DNA of 64,000 nt from Thermodesulfobacteriota bacterium (GTDB lineage: Bacteria; Desulfobacterota; Desulfarculia; JACQYL01): the NCBI GenBank assembly GCA_963675595.2, contig CAXXLZ010000002.1, positions 1,952,001-2,016,000 on the forward strand, written 5' to 3'. Under the pieces are notes generated by a model. That model saw only the letters and a list, made by a program, of their open reading frames with translations, searched no databases and was not told the origin of the DNA. The translations under genes and the position numbers were made by a program. Below, piece by piece: positions 62,479 through 64,000 of this stretch. How positions within the stretch are numbered: the stretch's first letter is position 1; every line of letters begins with the position of its first letter.

Positions 62479-63570
62479 ATGACCCCATTGCTTAGACGAT
62501 CTTCGGGCTTGCTCGCCATCTGGCTGTGCTTCCTCCTACTGAGCCCCATTTGCGCTCAGGCGGCATCGAAAATTCAGACCACTCACGGCCGCTTCGAGAG
62601 TTTGGACGCCAACCGATGGACCCGAAAAGGATACATGTACGTCGTTTTGTTCGATTCCAACCGTAAAACCAAATTCACCGTGGGTTTCAAGACGGATTAC
62701 GAGCCCACCAGCCCCAACCCCGGCGATATCGTTCGGGTCGACTATTTTGTCAAGTCGGGACAGATGGTGGCGAGAAAGGTCGTGGTGGACAACAGCTACG
62801 CGCCTCCGCCCCCAGGGGCCGTTTCAGTTCCGTCTTCTTCACCGTCCACGTCGAGCGTGTATACGCCTCCGAGAACCAACACGGGTTTCGTCGGCGAAGC
62901 GGAACGGCCCATGAACGGCGTGGCGGAAGTCACCGGGTCCGCCTGCAACCTGAGGTCCGGTCCCGGTGAGCATTACGGCGTCGTCCGTGTAGTCTATCGC
63001 GGCACGGAGCTTCAGCTGCAGGGAGCCACCGGTGACTGGTACTTGGCGGCCTTGCCCGATCAACAAGCCGGATGGATTCACGGTTCTCTGATCAACATCG
63101 GCACCACGGCCTCGGTATCCACGCAGAGCTCCGGCATCCAACCCGTTCCGGCGGAAGATCAGGTGACCGTCGGCGTTCTCGAGTTCCAGAGCCTCAACGA
63201 GGAAGCACGCAAAGACCAGCTGGGTAAGATGATTTCGGAGATTTTCACCACTTCCCTGGTGAACTCCAGGGCTTTCAAGATTATCGAGCGGGAACAACTG
63301 AACAAAGTGGTCAAAGAGCTGGAACTCAAACAAAGCGGCATGGTCGAGACCGCCGCCGAAGCCGGTAAGCTTCTGGGCGCCGACGCGGTGATTACCGGCA
63401 GTGTCATGAAGATCGGGAACATCCTTAGAATCGACGCGCGAATCATCGATGCGAAAACGGCCCTGGTGACCAGCGCGGAAACAAATACAGGCGGGTACGA
63501 TCTGGTGGAAATCGGGGGCATGGCCGACAAGATCGTGAGAAATCTCGTAAGACAGTACTACTTTGAATAA
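62479..63570 (+). CDS. Exported protein: N-terminal beta domain, Pro/Ser linker, SH3b domain, CsgG/FlgO-like domain
   Basis: ATG after AAGGAG; signal peptide; CNLRSGPG..Y..V...GWIHGSL (SH3b); VGVLEF...IIEREQL..VVKE...AGKLLGADAVITGSV...IDARIID (CsgG-like). Confidence 0.8.
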   Translation: MTPLLRRSSGLLAIWLCFLLLSPICAQAASKIQTTHGRFESLDANRWTRKGYMYVVLFDSNRKTKFTVGFKTDYEPTSPNPGDIVRVDYFVKSGQMVARKVVVDNSYAPPPPGAVSVPSSSPSTSSVYTPPRTNTGFVGEAERPMNGVAEVTGSACNLRSGPGEHYGVVRVVYRGTELQLQGATGDWYLAALPDQQAGWIHGSLINIGTTASVSTQSSGIQPVPAEDQVTVGVLEFQSLNEEARKDQLGKMISEIFTTSLVNSRAFKIIEREQLNKVVKELELKQSGMVETAAEAGKLLGADAVITGSVMKIGNILRIDARIIDAKTALVTSAETNTGGYDLVEIGGMADKIVRNLVRQYYFE

Positions 63571-63648
63571 GGCTTTGGAACCGGCTCCAATGGGCGCTTC
63601 TGCGTCAAATCAGGATCGTCCGTCACGAAGAAGAATTTCGGCCCTTAG

Positions 63649-64000
63649 CTACATCCGCTTGAACAGATGCAGGTAGCGGTTGCTGACGGTCAGGGTTTCT
63701 TTGCAGTTTTTGAGTCTTAGAACACCCTTGCCGGTGAGGGAACGGCTCATGCGGTCGATGAACCGCACGTTGACTACCGCTCCCCGATGCACTTGCCAGA
63801 AGCGGTTGGGGTCGAGTTCCGCGGCCAGCTCTTTCACCGGCTTTCGGATCAGACTCTCCCCCTCTTTGGTGACGAGCACCGTGTACTTGTCGAGAGCTTT
63901 GAAGTACACGACCTCGTCCACAGGCACAAGCCGGACGCCGTCTCCGTGAGGGACTCGAAGATACTCGAGATACCTCGGCTCGTTGGCTCCGGGGAGACTC
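63649..64000 (-). CDS. LytTR-family response regulator, C-terminal part; start lies beyond the window
   Basis: Frame open to the window end: ...GVRLVPVDEVVYFKALDKYT...FWQVHRGAVVN...LTVSNRY. Confidence 0.88.
   Translation of the reverse strand, partial: SLPGANEPRYLEYLRVPHGDGVRLVPVDEVVYFKALDKYTVLVTKEGESLIRKPVKELAAELDPNRFWQVHRGAVVNVRFIDRMSRSLTGKGVLRLKNCKETLTVSNRYLHLFKRM

Noticed and set aside
1-64000. CRISPR arrays, rRNA, tRNA, prophage or defence genes
   Set aside because: No regularly spaced repeats or diagnostic motifs seen by eye

Overview
A 64-kb GC-rich chromosomal window. Gene content (HdrABC, 4-subunit 2-oxoacid:ferredoxin oxidoreductase, TrpB2, EF-G2, large hybrid kinases) suggests an anaerobic deltaproteobacterium (Desulfobacterota); this is inference. 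It holds about 45 CDSs: a metal-efflux pair (truncated CopB-type ATPase plus CDF), acyl-CoA dehydrogenase and MBL hydrolases, fusA paralog, amrS, der, a korDABC-hdrA(mvhD)CB-sucCD energy cluster, trpB2, a divergent dnaA homolog without dnaN or DnaA boxes, a signalling block (PBP-fused hybrid kinases, MCP, HD-GYP regulator), a complete IS1634-family element (16-bp IRs, 5-bp TTTGA target duplication), glcD-like oxidase, a TMTC-like glycosyltransferase and purB. The best candidate for an undescribed system is an exosortase cassette at 14.0-16.5 kb: an exosortase, a membrane partner fused to a SEC-C motif, and a Cys-rich substrate ending in VPGM-x3-G/TM/Arg-cluster. A second protein 15 kb away carries the same 'VPGM-CTERM' tail. 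No rRNA, tRNA or CRISPR array was seen. All calls come from motif recognition by eye; no searches were run.
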